NCBI GenBank assembly: GCA_964413015.1
Contig: CAYPQZ010000006.1
Span: forward strand, 7,070-71,069
Length of the DNA: 64,000 nucleotides
Source of the DNA: an uncultured Candidatus Saccharibacteria bacterium
GTDB lineage: Bacteria; Patescibacteriota; Minisyncoccia; Portnoybacterales; UBA2143
Direction of reading: 5' to 3'
Part shown: positions 29,604-38,857 of the stretch, in pieces
Position numbering within the stretch: position 1 is the first letter of the stretch
Layout: each line of letters begins with the position of its first letter
Notes under the pieces: generated by a model
Databases searched by the model: none
What the model saw: the letters and a program-made list of their open reading frames with translations, nothing else
What the model was told of the DNA's origin: nothing
Translations under genes and position numbers: made by a program

Positions 29604-30401
29604 ATGGAAGAGATTAAGGAAATTACTAAAGAGGAGCTGGATAAAATAAAAGTGGTGACTTTTGATATTGACGGGGTGATTGCGCCGACCGGAACAGTTG
29701 TCAAGGAAACCATAGATGAAGACAGCATTGATTTGTATATGGAATCAAAAAAGGTTTCTTCGGAGCTGATGGATAAATTGCGGAAATTGGACAAATATGT
29801 CCGTTTGAATTTTTCTTCCGGCCGGAACATTTTGTATTTAAAAACCTTGGTGAATAAGATTGCTGACAAACAGACAATTCTTCAAGCGGAAAACGGCAAT
29901 CTGACCTGGCTGGATAATAAAATAGTCCATCCTGATTATCCGGATGAGTATTTTTCTCAATTGAGGGAGCTGAAATTAAAAATCAGGGAAATGAAGGAAA
30001 CTGACCGGCGAATCAGGGGATTTGAGCCGAAAATGTTCATTTTAACGGTTCATTGCGACCAAATGGAAGAGATTCCTGAATTGGTTAAAAAAACAGCCGG
30101 TGATAAGCTGTATTGTTTGTGGACTAATGAAGGTTATGATATTGGCGACCGGCAAATGTCCAAGGGCAAAGCGATTGCTAATTTAGCTGAAAAATTAAGG
30201 ATTGAGCCAAAACAGATTATGACTACCGGCAATAATTACAATGATAAAGAAATGCTTGAAATCGGCAAAGGAGTGACCGTTAATTCGGAAAGGGTTGAGG
30301 CCGAATATTTTATTAATCCCAAGGGAGAAAAATTAGGCGGCGAAGCACTGGTTGATTTTCTTCTGAAGTATTACGAGGAGTCAGAAAAGAACAGTCCTTA
30401 A
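29604..30401 (+). CDS. HAD-IIB family hydrolase
   Basis: FDIDGV, SSGR, SKGKAI, GNNYND. Confidence 0.85.
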   Translation: MEEIKEITKEELDKIKVVTFDIDGVIAPTGTVVKETIDEDSIDLYMESKKVSSELMDKLRKLDKYVRLNFSSGRNILYLKTLVNKIADKQTILQAENGNLTWLDNKIVHPDYPDEYFSQLRELKLKIREMKETDRRIRGFEPKMFILTVHCDQMEEIPELVKKTAGDKLYCLWTNEGYDIGDRQMSKGKAIANLAEKLRIEPKQIMTTGNNYNDKEMLEIGKGVTVNSERVEAEYFINPKGEKLGGEALVDFLLKYYEESEKNSP

Positions 30402-30415
30402 AATTACATTTAATT

Positions 30416-31393
30416 TTACAACAGCCCCATTTTCTGTTTGACCTGTTTGAGGGTCTTTTGGGCCAAGAGACGGGCTTTTTTAGCGCCGTCGTTTAAAACT
30501 TTCTTAATAAAGGCCGGCTTCTTTTCCAGAGCCCTTTTTTTATTTTGAAAACCAGCTAATCCCTTAACCACAACTTCCGCTAAATCATTTTTAAACAAAG
30601 CGTAGCCCTGTCCCTGATATTTCTTTTCAACCTGATTGGATGACAATCCGGAAAAAGATGCGTAAATGTTGATTAAATTAACAATAGCCGGTTTTTGCAG
30701 GCTGTATTTAATTTCCTGTCCTGAATCAGTCACCGCTTTCCTGATTTTCTGGCGGATTTGTGCTGGTGAATCATCCATAGAAATGCATCCTTGAGGAACG
30801 CTTTTAGACATTTTTTTACTTGGGTCATTCAAAGACATTATCCGGGCGCCTTCTGAATAAATTAAAGTTTCTGGAACAGTGAAAACTTTTCCGTATTGAT
30901 GATTAAACTTGCGGGCAACAGTTCTGGCCAATTCAACGTGCTGGCGTTGGTCTTCGCCGACCGGTACTGTGTCGGTCTGGTAAAGCAGAATATCAGCTGC
31001 CATTAAAACCGGATAATCAAAAAGCCCCATATTAATATTTTTTTTGAAATGTTTGGCCTTTTCCTTATATTGGGTCATTCTTTCCAGTTCCGCCACCGGG
31101 GTAATCGTGTTTAACAGCCAAGCAAGTTCAGCATGTTCGGGAACCTGCGACTGTACGAAAATAAGACATTTCTCAGGATTTAAATCGGCCGCTAACAAAG
31201 CGGCGGTTGAGTCAAGAACTTTTTGAGGCATTTGTTGGCAGGCCTTAGGCACGGTTAAAGCGTGCAAATCAACGACGCAGAAAATAGAGTCGTATTCGTT
31301 TTGCAGTTTAACCCAGTTTTTAACGGCTCCCAAGTAGTTGCCAATGTGGATGGAGCCGGTTGGCTGGATACCGCTAAAGATTCTTTTTTTCAT
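30416..31393 (-). CDS. trpS: Tryptophan--tRNA ligase
   Basis: SGIQPTG.IHIGNY, YPVLMAADIL, VPVGEDQ, KMSKS. Confidence 0.97.
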   Translation of the reverse strand: MKKRIFSGIQPTGSIHIGNYLGAVKNWVKLQNEYDSIFCVVDLHALTVPKACQQMPQKVLDSTAALLAADLNPEKCLIFVQSQVPEHAELAWLLNTITPVAELERMTQYKEKAKHFKKNINMGLFDYPVLMAADILLYQTDTVPVGEDQRQHVELARTVARKFNHQYGKVFTVPETLIYSEGARIMSLNDPSKKMSKSVPQGCISMDDSPAQIRQKIRKAVTDSGQEIKYSLQKPAIVNLINIYASFSGLSSNQVEKKYQGQGYALFKNDLAEVVVKGLAGFQNKKRALEKKPAFIKKVLNDGAKKARLLAQKTLKQVKQKMGLL

Positions 31394-31400
31394 GAATCTC

Positions 31401-31502
31401 TATGCTTCGAAAACAATTTTTTTTGAATGCTTAGCCCTATTCGCGTGAAGCGCGAACAGCACACCCACACCTACGATTCAAAAAAATTATTTTCTGCGCA
31501 TA
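31401..31502. repeat. ~100-bp inverted-repeat element between prfA and trpS
   Basis: GAAAACAATTTTTTTTGAAT / ATTCAAAAAAATTATTTTC arms; inner TTCGCGTGAAGCGCGAA hairpin. Confidence 0.65.
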
Positions 31503-31513
31503 ATTTTCATTCC

Positions 31514-32251
31514 TTATGGATTGCGTTTTGCAAAAGTTTTTATAACTGGCGTTAAATCGCCGTCAATGATTTTATCAAGATTATGCCAGGATTTTTTGAG
31601 ACGGTGGTCAGTCATTCGGTTCTGGGGAAAATTGTAAGTCCGGATTTTCTCGGAACGGTCAGCGTTTCCTATCTGTTCGCGCCGTTCGTCTCCTCTTTGG
31701 GACAATTCCTGAATTCTTTTTCTTTCCAGCAAGCGGGCTCTCAAAACCCCCATAGCTTTTTCCTTGTTCTGCTGCTGTGTTCTTTCTTCCTGACAGGTGG
31801 CCATAATTCCGGTAGGGATGTGGATAATTCTGACCGCGGATTCCCTTTTATTAACGTATTGTCCGCCCGGTCCGGAAGCGCGCAGAACGTCAATTCGGAC
31901 GTCGTTAGGATTAATCTGGATTTCTGTTTCGTTGGCAACCGGCAGAACCGCCACTGAAACGGTGGAAGTGTGAACCCGGCCTGATTTCTCGGTAGTTGGG
32001 ATACGCTGGACCCGATGGACTCCGGCTTCGTGCTTTAATTTTTGGTAAATGTCTTCTTCACTTTTGCCTTTAAGTTCAAAAGTTATTTCTTTGTAGCCGT
32101 CCAAGCCGGTAGCGTGGCTGTTAATCAAGCTTTTGCTCCAGCCCTGCTTTTCAGCGAAGCGCGAGTACATTCTGAAAAGGTCGGCTGCGAAAAGCGCCGC
32201 TTCATCTCCGCCGGCCCCGGCTCTGATTTCGATAATAATGCCCTTAGCCAT
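31514..32251 (-). CDS. prfA: Peptide chain release factor 1, N-terminally truncated
   Basis: [11 protein letters not shown], PxT (RIPTTE), [12 protein letters not shown]; lacks domain 1. Confidence 0.92.
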   Translation of the reverse strand: MAKGIIIEIRAGAGGDEAALFAADLFRMYSRFAEKQGWSKSLINSHATGLDGYKEITFELKGKSEEDIYQKLKHEAGVHRVQRIPTTEKSGRVHTSTVSVAVLPVANETEIQINPNDVRIDVLRASGPGGQYVNKRESAVRIIHIPTGIMATCQEERTQQQNKEKAMGVLRARLLERKRIQELSQRGDERREQIGNADRSEKIRTYNFPQNRMTDHRLKKSWHNLDKIIDGDLTPVIKTFAKRNP

Positions 32252-32486
32252 TTTTCTGTTTTTTCATTTTTAATCCCAGAGCCGAACTCCTTTTAGCTAT
32301 TCTTTTCTTGAATTTTTCAACCTGACCGGTCTCAATGATTTTTTCCTTGCCGGTATAGAAAGGGTGGCAAGCGGAGCAAATTTCAGTTTCCATTTCCTGC
32401 TTGGTGGAGCCAATTTTAAAAACGGCTCCGCAGGCGCATTTAATTTGAGCTTTACTATAATATTTGGGGTGGATATCTTTTTTCAT
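32244..32486 (-). CDS. rpmE: 50S ribosomal protein L31 (Zn-binding type)
   Basis: [23 protein letters not shown]; true start inside the longer track ORF. Confidence 0.95.
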   Translation of the reverse strand: MKKDIHPKYYSKAQIKCACGAVFKIGSTKQEMETEICSACHPFYTGKEKIIETGQVEKFKKRIAKRSSALGLKMKKQKNG

Positions 32487-32549
32487 TATTTTATCATAAC
32501 AGAGTATGAGGGAATAAGCAAGTTTTTGTGAATAAAGTAGATAGAGGGT

Positions 32550-32643
32550 TGTTCTTATCAGTTTGCCTTTGTCAAAATTTAAGGAGTCGTCCTTTCCCTC
32601 CAGAGGCGGAAAGTCGCTACTCTCAATAACAATCCTTAAATTT
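32550..32643 (-). repeat. Element A short variant (32569-32643) plus start of B
   Basis: Same ends as other A copies; lacks most of the inner hairpin. Confidence 0.88.
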
Positions 32644-32702
32644 TCTAAGGGCTGTCCTTTGACTAACTTGCTAAATTTTCTATTTCTGCTATACTTGGCA
32701 AT

Positions 32703-33461
32703 ATGGAAAAAAAGGAATTGAAGAAAACAGTTAAAAAGGTAAAAAACAAAACTGCGGTTAAAAAAATAGCTAAAGAGCATAAGGATATCGAAAAGCTTCT
32801 TCCCAGCGCTGAGGAGATGTTGAAGCAGGGCGTTCATTTCGGGCATCAGACCTCCAGATGGAACGCTAAAATGAAACCGTATATTTTTACCGTAAGGAAT
32901 AACGTACACATTCTTGATTTGGAAAAAGCACGGGGGGAATTTAAAAAAGCTCTGGAATACTTTCAGAAAGTTAAGGAAAAAAAAGGAATTATCCTTTTTG
33001 TCGGAACTAAAGTGGCGGCTAGCGAAATTATCCGCGAATCGGCTGAAAAATGCGGCATGCCTTATGTTAACAAAAGATGGATTGGCGGAACTTTGACTAA
33101 TTTCAAAGTGATTTCCAAACGCTTGGAGCATTTCCGCGATTTGGAAGAAAAAAAAGAAAAAGGCGAATTGAAAAAATACACTAAAAAAGAACAGCATGAA
33201 TTCAATCTTGAATTGCAGAAGCTAGAAAGACAGTTCGGCGGCCTTAAAAAAATCACTAAACTGCCTGACGCTTTATTAGTTATTGATACTCATAAAGAAA
33301 AATTGTCAATAAAAGAAGCCCGAAAGAGAGGTATACCGGTGGTTGGCTTATGCGATTCAAACGCTAATCCGACTTTGGTTGATTACCCGATTCCCGGTAA
33401 TGACGACGCTATTTCATCCTTGAAATTAATTTTAGAAACCATTGTTAAAGTGTTAAAATAA
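32703..33461 (+). CDS. rpsB: 30S ribosomal protein S2
   Basis: [28 protein letters not shown]. Confidence 0.97.
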   Translation: MEKKELKKTVKKVKNKTAVKKIAKEHKDIEKLLPSAEEMLKQGVHFGHQTSRWNAKMKPYIFTVRNNVHILDLEKARGEFKKALEYFQKVKEKKGIILFVGTKVAASEIIRESAEKCGMPYVNKRWIGGTLTNFKVISKRLEHFRDLEEKKEKGELKKYTKKEQHEFNLELQKLERQFGGLKKITKLPDALLVIDTHKEKLSIKEARKRGIPVVGLCDSNANPTLVDYPIPGNDDAISSLKLILETIVKVLK

Positions 33462-33569
33462 CAAAATTATTACCCGCTCAAATTTTTGCAAAACAAAAAA
33501 TTGTGGCGGGTGACAATTTTAATCACCAAAAACTCTTGCTTGCAGCTCGGGTTCTTGGATAAAATTATC

Positions 33570-34019
33570 ATGATAACGGCAGAAAAAATAAAGGAATTTC
33601 GCCAAAAAACCGGCTTTTCAATTATGGAATGCAAAACGGCTCTTGAAGAGGCCCAAGGCAATGAGGCAGAAGCCATGAAAATTTTAGAAAAAAAAGGCGC
33701 TGAAAAAGCGGTTAAAAAGTCAGCTCGGGAAGTTAAACAGGGCCTGATTGAGGCCTACATCCACAATAACGGCAAAGTCGGCGTTATTCTGGAATTAAAC
33801 TGCGAAACTGATTTTGTTGCCCGAAACGCCGAATTTAAAGAATTAGCCCATGATTTGGCAATGCAGATTGCTGCGGTCAATCCTAAAGATTCAGAAGAGC
33901 TTTTGTCACAGCCATTTATTAAAGATGAGCAGAAAACAATTCAGAATTTAATCAGCGATTTTGTCGGCAAAATAGGGGAAAATGTTAAAATAGGCAATTT
34001 CGTCAGGATGGAAATTTAG
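33570..34019 (+). CDS. tsf: Elongation factor Ts (short form)
   Basis: MECKTAL, ELNCETDFVA, IGENVKI; ATG at 33570. Confidence 0.95.
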   Translation: MITAEKIKEFRQKTGFSIMECKTALEEAQGNEAEAMKILEKKGAEKAVKKSAREVKQGLIEAYIHNNGKVGVILELNCETDFVARNAEFKELAHDLAMQIAAVNPKDSEELLSQPFIKDEQKTIQNLISDFVGKIGENVKIGNFVRMEI

Positions 34020-34023
34020 GAAC

Positions 34024-34698
34024 ATGTTAAATTACATTCTCTATTTTCTGATTACTATTTCTTTAATAGGCCTGGGTTTTATTGCTTTCCACAAAATCAG
34101 TATTTTAACTAATTTGTCTGATGAAGAAATGATTATCCTGTCCAGAAAGAAGGGTCTTAGTCAGAAAGTCCGCGAGATAAACTACAAACAGCATTGGCTA
34201 GGGTTAATAGTTGGTTCGGAGAAGCTTCTCTGGCGGGTGAAGATAATCTTTTTAAAAACCGAGAATTTTTTGGGCCGGATAATTAACTGGCTAAGGCGGC
34301 ATTCAAAAATAATGTCGCAGAAATCAAAAGAATGGGTTAAGCAGAAAGATATGAAAAGCAATCAGGAAGAAAAGGTTTTATCGGGTCAGGATGATAAAAA
34401 AGTTTTTATTAAGGTGAACCAAGAAAAAACCGAGAGCAGAATAGAGGAAATTGAAGATGATGACGATCTTTCAATCAGCGAATTGGAAAAGCCGATAAAA
34501 GAGGAGCAAAAATGGATTAATTTGATTGTTGAAAATCCTAAGAATATTACCGCTTACAAATTTTTGGGATTGCTTTATTGGAAGCGGCATAACTATGCCG
34601 ATGCCAAGAATTCTTTGGAAATGGCCGTTAAGCTCGGCTCAAAAGACAGAAAAGTCAAAGAGATTTTGAAAGAGATGGAAGAAATGCAAATAGAGTAG
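34024..34698 (+). CDS. Membrane-anchored protein with C-terminal TPR-like repeat
   Basis: N-terminal TM; ENPKNITAYKFLGLLY. Confidence 0.7.
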   Translation: MLNYILYFLITISLIGLGFIAFHKISILTNLSDEEMIILSRKKGLSQKVREINYKQHWLGLIVGSEKLLWRVKIIFLKTENFLGRIINWLRRHSKIMSQKSKEWVKQKDMKSNQEEKVLSGQDDKKVFIKVNQEKTESRIEEIEDDDDLSISELEKPIKEEQKWINLIVENPKNITAYKFLGLLYWKRHNYADAKNSLEMAVKLGSKDRKVKEILKEMEEMQIE

Positions 34699-34700
34699 CT

Positions 34701-34775
34701 GCCGAGGTAGCTCAATGGCAGAGCAACGGTTTTGTAAACCGTAGGTTGGGGGTTCGACTCCTCTCCTCGGCTCCA
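34701..34775 (+). tRNA. tRNA-Thr(UGU)
   Basis: Cloverleaf, anticodon TGT, encoded CCA. Confidence 0.95.
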
Positions 34776-34858
34776 GGGTAGGTGGCGGAGCGGTCAAACG
34801 CACGAGACTGTAAATCTCGCGTCTTCGGACTACGGGGGTTCGAATCCCTCCCTGCCCA
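34776..34858 (+). tRNA. tRNA-Tyr(GUA)
   Basis: Cloverleaf with variable arm, anticodon GTA. Confidence 0.95.
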
Positions 34859-34888
34859 CATAAATTTTTAGCTCCGCGAAAAATTTGA

Positions 34889-34990
34889 GTAATTAGTAAT
34901 TTGTATTTTGTAATTAGTACAAGGAATTAGTTTTAAAATTTAGCGAAAATTTATTCCTAATTACAAATTACACACACAAATTACATAATT
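34889..34990. repeat. Inverted heptamer arrays (GTAATTA/GTAATTT vs CTAATTA/CAAATTA)
   Basis: Two degenerate 7-mer tandem tracts in opposite orientation upstream of the four-helix-bundle pseudogene. Confidence 0.7.
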
Positions 34991-35309
34991 GTGTTTGATT
35001 TTGAAAATTTAAATGTTTATAGGGAGGCTAAGGATTTAAACAAAGAGATTTTAAGTTTTTTTGAAAGAAAATAAACAAATAGATTCTTATATTCGAGATT
35101 AGCTAAAACGAACATCAAATGGAAAATTTTCAAAAGCAGGTAAGAGAAATTTTTATATAATCTCAAGAAGTTCTGTTTATGAGTGCGTATCGTTGTTCGA
35201 ATTAATATTAGAGGAGGGTCAGATTGATAGAGAAAAATTCAATGGTTTTTATCAAAAATTTGAAATTTTATCTAAAATGTTGTTAGGATTAATAAATAGT
35301 CAAAAATAA
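34991..35309 (+). pseudogene. Four-helix-bundle (23S IVS protein/bAvd-like) pseudogene
   Basis: FDFENLNVYREAKDL...IRD*LKRTS...RNFYIISRSSVYECVS...LSKMLLGLINS; frameshift, internal TAG, the NIAEG segment is missing. Confidence 0.8.
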
Positions 35310-35329
35310 TAAGTGCTCATATAGCTCGC

Positions 35330-35403
35330 GCCCAGATAGCTCAGTTGGTTAGAGCACATCATTGGTAATGATGAGGTCGGCGGTTCGAATCCGCCTCTGG
35401 GCT
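35330..35403 (+). tRNA. tRNA-Thr(GGU)
   Basis: Cloverleaf, anticodon GGT. Confidence 0.95.
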
Positions 35404-35404
35404 C

Positions 35405-35563
35405 ATGTCACAGGATAATTTAATTAAATTGCAGTGCAGCCAGTGTAAAAGAATTAATTACTGGTCTAGCAAAAACAAAAAAACAATTCAGAAGAAATTA
35501 GAACTGAAGAAGTTTTGTAAATGGTGCAAAAAGCATACGCTTCATAAAGAGATGAAGAAGTAA
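35405..35563 (+). CDS. rpmG: 50S ribosomal protein L33
   Basis: Hand translation MSQDNLIKLQCSQCKRINYWSSKNKK...LELKKFCKWCKKHTLHKE. Confidence 0.95.
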   Translation: MSQDNLIKLQCSQCKRINYWSSKNKKTIQKKLELKKFCKWCKKHTLHKEMKK

Positions 35564-35637
35564 GGGCGCGTAGCACAACTGGCTAGTGCACTGGTCTCCA
35601 AAACCAGAGGTTGGGGGTTCGAGTCCCTCCGCGCCTG
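35564..35637 (+). tRNA. tRNA-Trp(CCA)
   Basis: Cloverleaf, anticodon CCA. Confidence 0.93.
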
Positions 35638-35655
35638 CCGCGTTAATAAACGCTT

Positions 35656-35695
35656 TAATAAAAACAGCCCCGAAACATCGGGGCTGTTTTTATTA
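35656..35695. terminator. Bidirectional terminator
   Basis: TAATAAAAACAGCCCCGA-AACA-TCGGGGCTGTTTTTATTA between convergent genes. Confidence 0.85.
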
Positions 35696-35704
35696 TGCGG
35701 TTTC

Positions 35705-35998
35705 TTAGTATCGACTGTTTCCGCCGCTAAAATCTCCTTGAGGACGTTCCCGCATCGGACGGGCTTCGTTCACCGTGAGATTGCGTCCTTCAAATTCTTT
35801 GCCGTTCCACATCTCAATAGCTTTCTGGGCTTCGTCTTCAGAAGACATTTCTACGAATCCGAAACCTTTTGAGCGGCCGGACATCTTATCAGTGATAATT
35901 ATCGCTGAATCGACTGCTCCGGCTTTGGAGAATGCTTCTTTCAAAGAATCCTCGGTCGTGTCATAAGACAAACCGCCAACATATAGTTTTTTATTCAT
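35705..35998 (-). CDS. RRM RNA-binding protein
   Basis: KLYVGGL (RNP2), KGFGFVEM (RNP1). Confidence 0.95.
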   Translation of the reverse strand: MNKKLYVGGLSYDTTEDSLKEAFSKAGAVDSAIIITDKMSGRSKGFGFVEMSSEDEAQKAIEMWNGKEFEGRNLTVNEARPMRERPQGDFSGGNSRY

Positions 35999-36287
35999 AT
36001 ATCCTTATATGATTATTAGCGTAAGCCGACTTTTTAGTTTTTACTTTCTGGCTTAGCTTACCCGGAATATCGGGATAAAATCGCATAAGGAAAGAGAAAA
36101 CTTATATTGAGTCAAACTCAAAAACTTACGTATGCTCGGATTATAATCTATTGAGATAAATAAGTCAAGGGCGATTGCTTTGTGGATTACTTGTCTTGCC
36201 TTAATGATTCAATTCTGCTAAAATTTCAAACAGGGTTTAAAAACAAAAAGCGTTGGTTGTTGACAGCGCTTTTCTTAAATAAGAGAT

Positions 36288-37016
36288 ATGGAAAAAAATG
36301 ACTTTAAAAATCTTCCTAGGCACGTGGCCATTGTTCCAGACGGCAATCGTCGCTGGGCCAGGGAAAAAGGAATAGCCGAATGGCGCGGCCATTTGGAAGG
36401 AGCTAAAAAAACGAAAGAGCAGGTTCAAGCGGCCCTTGATTTGGGATTGGAGTGCCTTTCATGGTGGGGCGGATCCTGGAGCAATTTGACTGAACGTTCC
36501 AAGACAGAAGTCAGAAATCTTTTTAGTATTTATGAAAAATATTTCCGTCAGCTGATTAAAGCCAAGGGAATTTATCAGCACCAAGTAAGAGTCAGAGTGA
36601 TTGGCCGCTGGCCGGAAATTCTGCCTAAAAAATGTGTTGAGATAATAGAAAAATTAATTAAAGCAACTCAAAGCCACAAAAAACGGATGCTTAATTTTAT
36701 AATTGCTTATGATGGCCGTGATGAAATGCTTAGCGCCATTAACAGTATTTTAAAGCAGGGGCGAAAAGACAAGAAACTGAAAGTAGATTCGGAACTTTTG
36801 GAGAAATTCCTTTGGACGGATGGCTTACCGCCAGTTGATTTGTTAATCAGAACCGGCAGTTCGTCAGATCCTCATAACAGCGCCGGCTTTATGATGTGGC
36901 TGACAGCCAATAGCCAGCTTTATTTTCCCAAAGGATATTATCCTGATTTCGGACGCCGGGAATTCATTAAAGCGATAAAAAATTATCAGCAGAGAGAAAG
37001 AAGATTAGGCAGGTAA
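36288..37016 (+). CDS. uppS: Polyprenyl (undecaprenyl) diphosphate synthase
   Basis: HVAIVPDGNRRWA, VDLLIRTG. Confidence 0.92.
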   Translation: MEKNDFKNLPRHVAIVPDGNRRWAREKGIAEWRGHLEGAKKTKEQVQAALDLGLECLSWWGGSWSNLTERSKTEVRNLFSIYEKYFRQLIKAKGIYQHQVRVRVIGRWPEILPKKCVEIIEKLIKATQSHKKRMLNFIIAYDGRDEMLSAINSILKQGRKDKKLKVDSELLEKFLWTDGLPPVDLLIRTGSSSDPHNSAGFMMWLTANSQLYFPKGYYPDFGRREFIKAIKNYQQRERRLGR

Positions 37017-37027
37017 GATTTAATTTT

Positions 37028-38053
37028 ATGAAGTTAAAATATTTAGAGGTTGTTTTTTTATCATCAATCGTTATTGCTTCCGGCCTCTTTTTTATTTACG
37101 CCTATAGCCAGATTAACACGCCTTTATCTGGCGACCTGACAGAAAAGAATTTCATTATCCAAAAGGGCGAGGGCTTAAAGGAAATCAGTCATAATTTAGA
37201 AGAAGCAGGTTTGATTAATCAGGCTTTCTGGTTTAAGTTTTACGTTTTGACCAAGGGCTGGGCCGCCCGTTTGCAGGCCGGGGAATATTCATTTTCTCCT
37301 TCTATGAATATTCCTGCAATATCCCAGAAAATACTTAGAGGGGAGATTGTTTCTTCAGAAACGACGGTGACAATTCCCGAAGGATTTTCCTTAAGGCAGA
37401 TTGATGCCCGTTTGGCCAAGGCCGGACTGATTGAAGAAAATGAACTACTTAATTTCAATATTCTCAACTCTGAGCTTAATTCTAAATTTCAGGCCCTTCA
37501 CCAAGAAAACGGACAGGCAATTTCCAGCTTGGAAGGATATCTTTTCCCAGATACGTATAGGTTCTATACAGGAATGAGTAAAGAAGGAATTATTGAAAAA
37601 ATGCTTGATAACTTTGACAAAAAACTGACTAATGAATTAAGAGAAGAAATCAGCCGGCAGGGCAAGACACTTGAACAAATTATTATTATGGCGAGCTTGA
37701 TAGAAAAAGAAGTCCGAACTGACGAAGACCGGAGAATCGTTTCAGGAATTTTCTGGAGAAGAATTAATAACAATTATCCTTTGCAGTCGTGCGCCACGAT
37801 TGCCTATATTTTAGGAATAGACAAATGGCGTTATTCGGCAGAAGATACCAAAATCAATTCTTTATACAATACTTATCAGAATATCGGGCTGCCCATCGGG
37901 CCAATTAACAATCCGGGCATTTCAGCTATTCAAGCGGCGATTTATCCGCACCTTACTGATTACAATTTCTTTTTATCAACCCTGGACGGAGAAACGATTT
38001 TTAGCAGGACATTGGAAGAGCATAACCAAAACAGGTCCAAGTATTTAGACTGA
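37028..38053 (+). CDS. mltG: Endolytic transglycosylase MltG
   Basis: TIPEG, LEGYLFPDTY, ASLIEKE, YNTY...GPINNPG. Confidence 0.93.
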   Translation: MKLKYLEVVFLSSIVIASGLFFIYAYSQINTPLSGDLTEKNFIIQKGEGLKEISHNLEEAGLINQAFWFKFYVLTKGWAARLQAGEYSFSPSMNIPAISQKILRGEIVSSETTVTIPEGFSLRQIDARLAKAGLIEENELLNFNILNSELNSKFQALHQENGQAISSLEGYLFPDTYRFYTGMSKEGIIEKMLDNFDKKLTNELREEISRQGKTLEQIIIMASLIEKEVRTDEDRRIVSGIFWRRINNNYPLQSCATIAYILGIDKWRYSAEDTKINSLYNTYQNIGLPIGPINNPGISAIQAAIYPHLTDYNFFLSTLDGETIFSRTLEEHNQNRSKYLD

Positions 38054-38094
38054 AAGCTTGACAAGGATTCAATAAAATATTAAGCTGACTATAC

Positions 38095-38200
38095 AGCTAT
38101 AGACAATAGGCAATTCCGCCAGAGGCGGAGTAAGACCTATCGAGGCGAATATTTCTTGCAGTAAGCTTGTCGAACTGTTTGTCTATGGTTTTCCATAGAT
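38095..38200 (+). promoter_or_regulatory. L10 leader-like RNA
   Basis: AGACAATAGG...TAAGACCTATCGAGG...TGTCT pattern upstream of rplJ, after TTGACA-17-TAAGCT. Confidence 0.6.
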
Positions 38201-38218
38201 TTTTTAATTATCTAAACT

Positions 38219-38282
38219 GATAAGAACAGTCTTTAAAATGACGCCCTTGTGCTCAAGGGACATCATTTTAAGGACTGTCCTT
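38219..38282 (+). repeat. Element B copy in the rplJ 5' UTR
   Basis: Matches 16980-17043. Confidence 0.92.
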
Positions 38283-38335
38283 TAATCGAGTTAACGTCCC
38301 CCTTGAAGACTATTTTTTAATTAAACACAATTGGC

Positions 38336-38857
38336 ATGATTACTAAAGAGCAAAAAAAAGAAATAGTTAAGGATTTGATTGATAAGCTTTCTCGTCAGAA
38401 GGCAGTAGTTCTCTTTGATTATGCCGGATTGAAGGTCAACCAATTTCAGGAAGCCAGGGCTAAATTAAGAGAGCAGGAAATAGACTGCCAGGTTTGCAAA
38501 AAAAGTTTGATTGATTTGGCTTTGGAGAAATCCGGCTTTAAAGATATTTCAGTTAAAAAACTGCCTGGCCAGATTGGCTTGGCGTTTGGATACCATGATG
38601 AAGTTATACCGGCTAGGATATTGTATGATTTTTCGAAGGACAACGAAAATTTAAAGATTGTGAATGGTTTAATCCGGGGAGAATATCTGGAAAAAGAATC
38701 TGTGATTGAGCTAGCCAAGCTTCCTCCAAAACAGGAATTACTGGCCAATTTAGTCGGCAATATCTCATCTCCGATATCCGGTTTAGTAAATGTCTTTAGG
38801 AATAATTTAGAAAAATTAATTTTTACCCTGCGCCTTTTATCTTCTGCTAAAAGATAA
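38336..38857 (+). CDS. rplJ: 50S ribosomal protein L10
   Basis: DYAGLKV, ELAKLPPKQELLA; upstream of rplL. Confidence 0.93.
   Translation: MITKEQKKEIVKDLIDKLSRQKAVVLFDYAGLKVNQFQEARAKLREQEIDCQVCKKSLIDLALEKSGFKDISVKKLPGQIGLAFGYHDEVIPARILYDFSKDNENLKIVNGLIRGEYLEKESVIELAKLPPKQELLANLVGNISSPISGLVNVFRNNLEKLIFTLRLLSSAKR

Noticed and set aside
37441-37530. Possible repeat-derived insertion in MltG (NSELNSKFQALHQENGQAISS)
   Set aside because: The region is naturally variable and there is no clear palindrome
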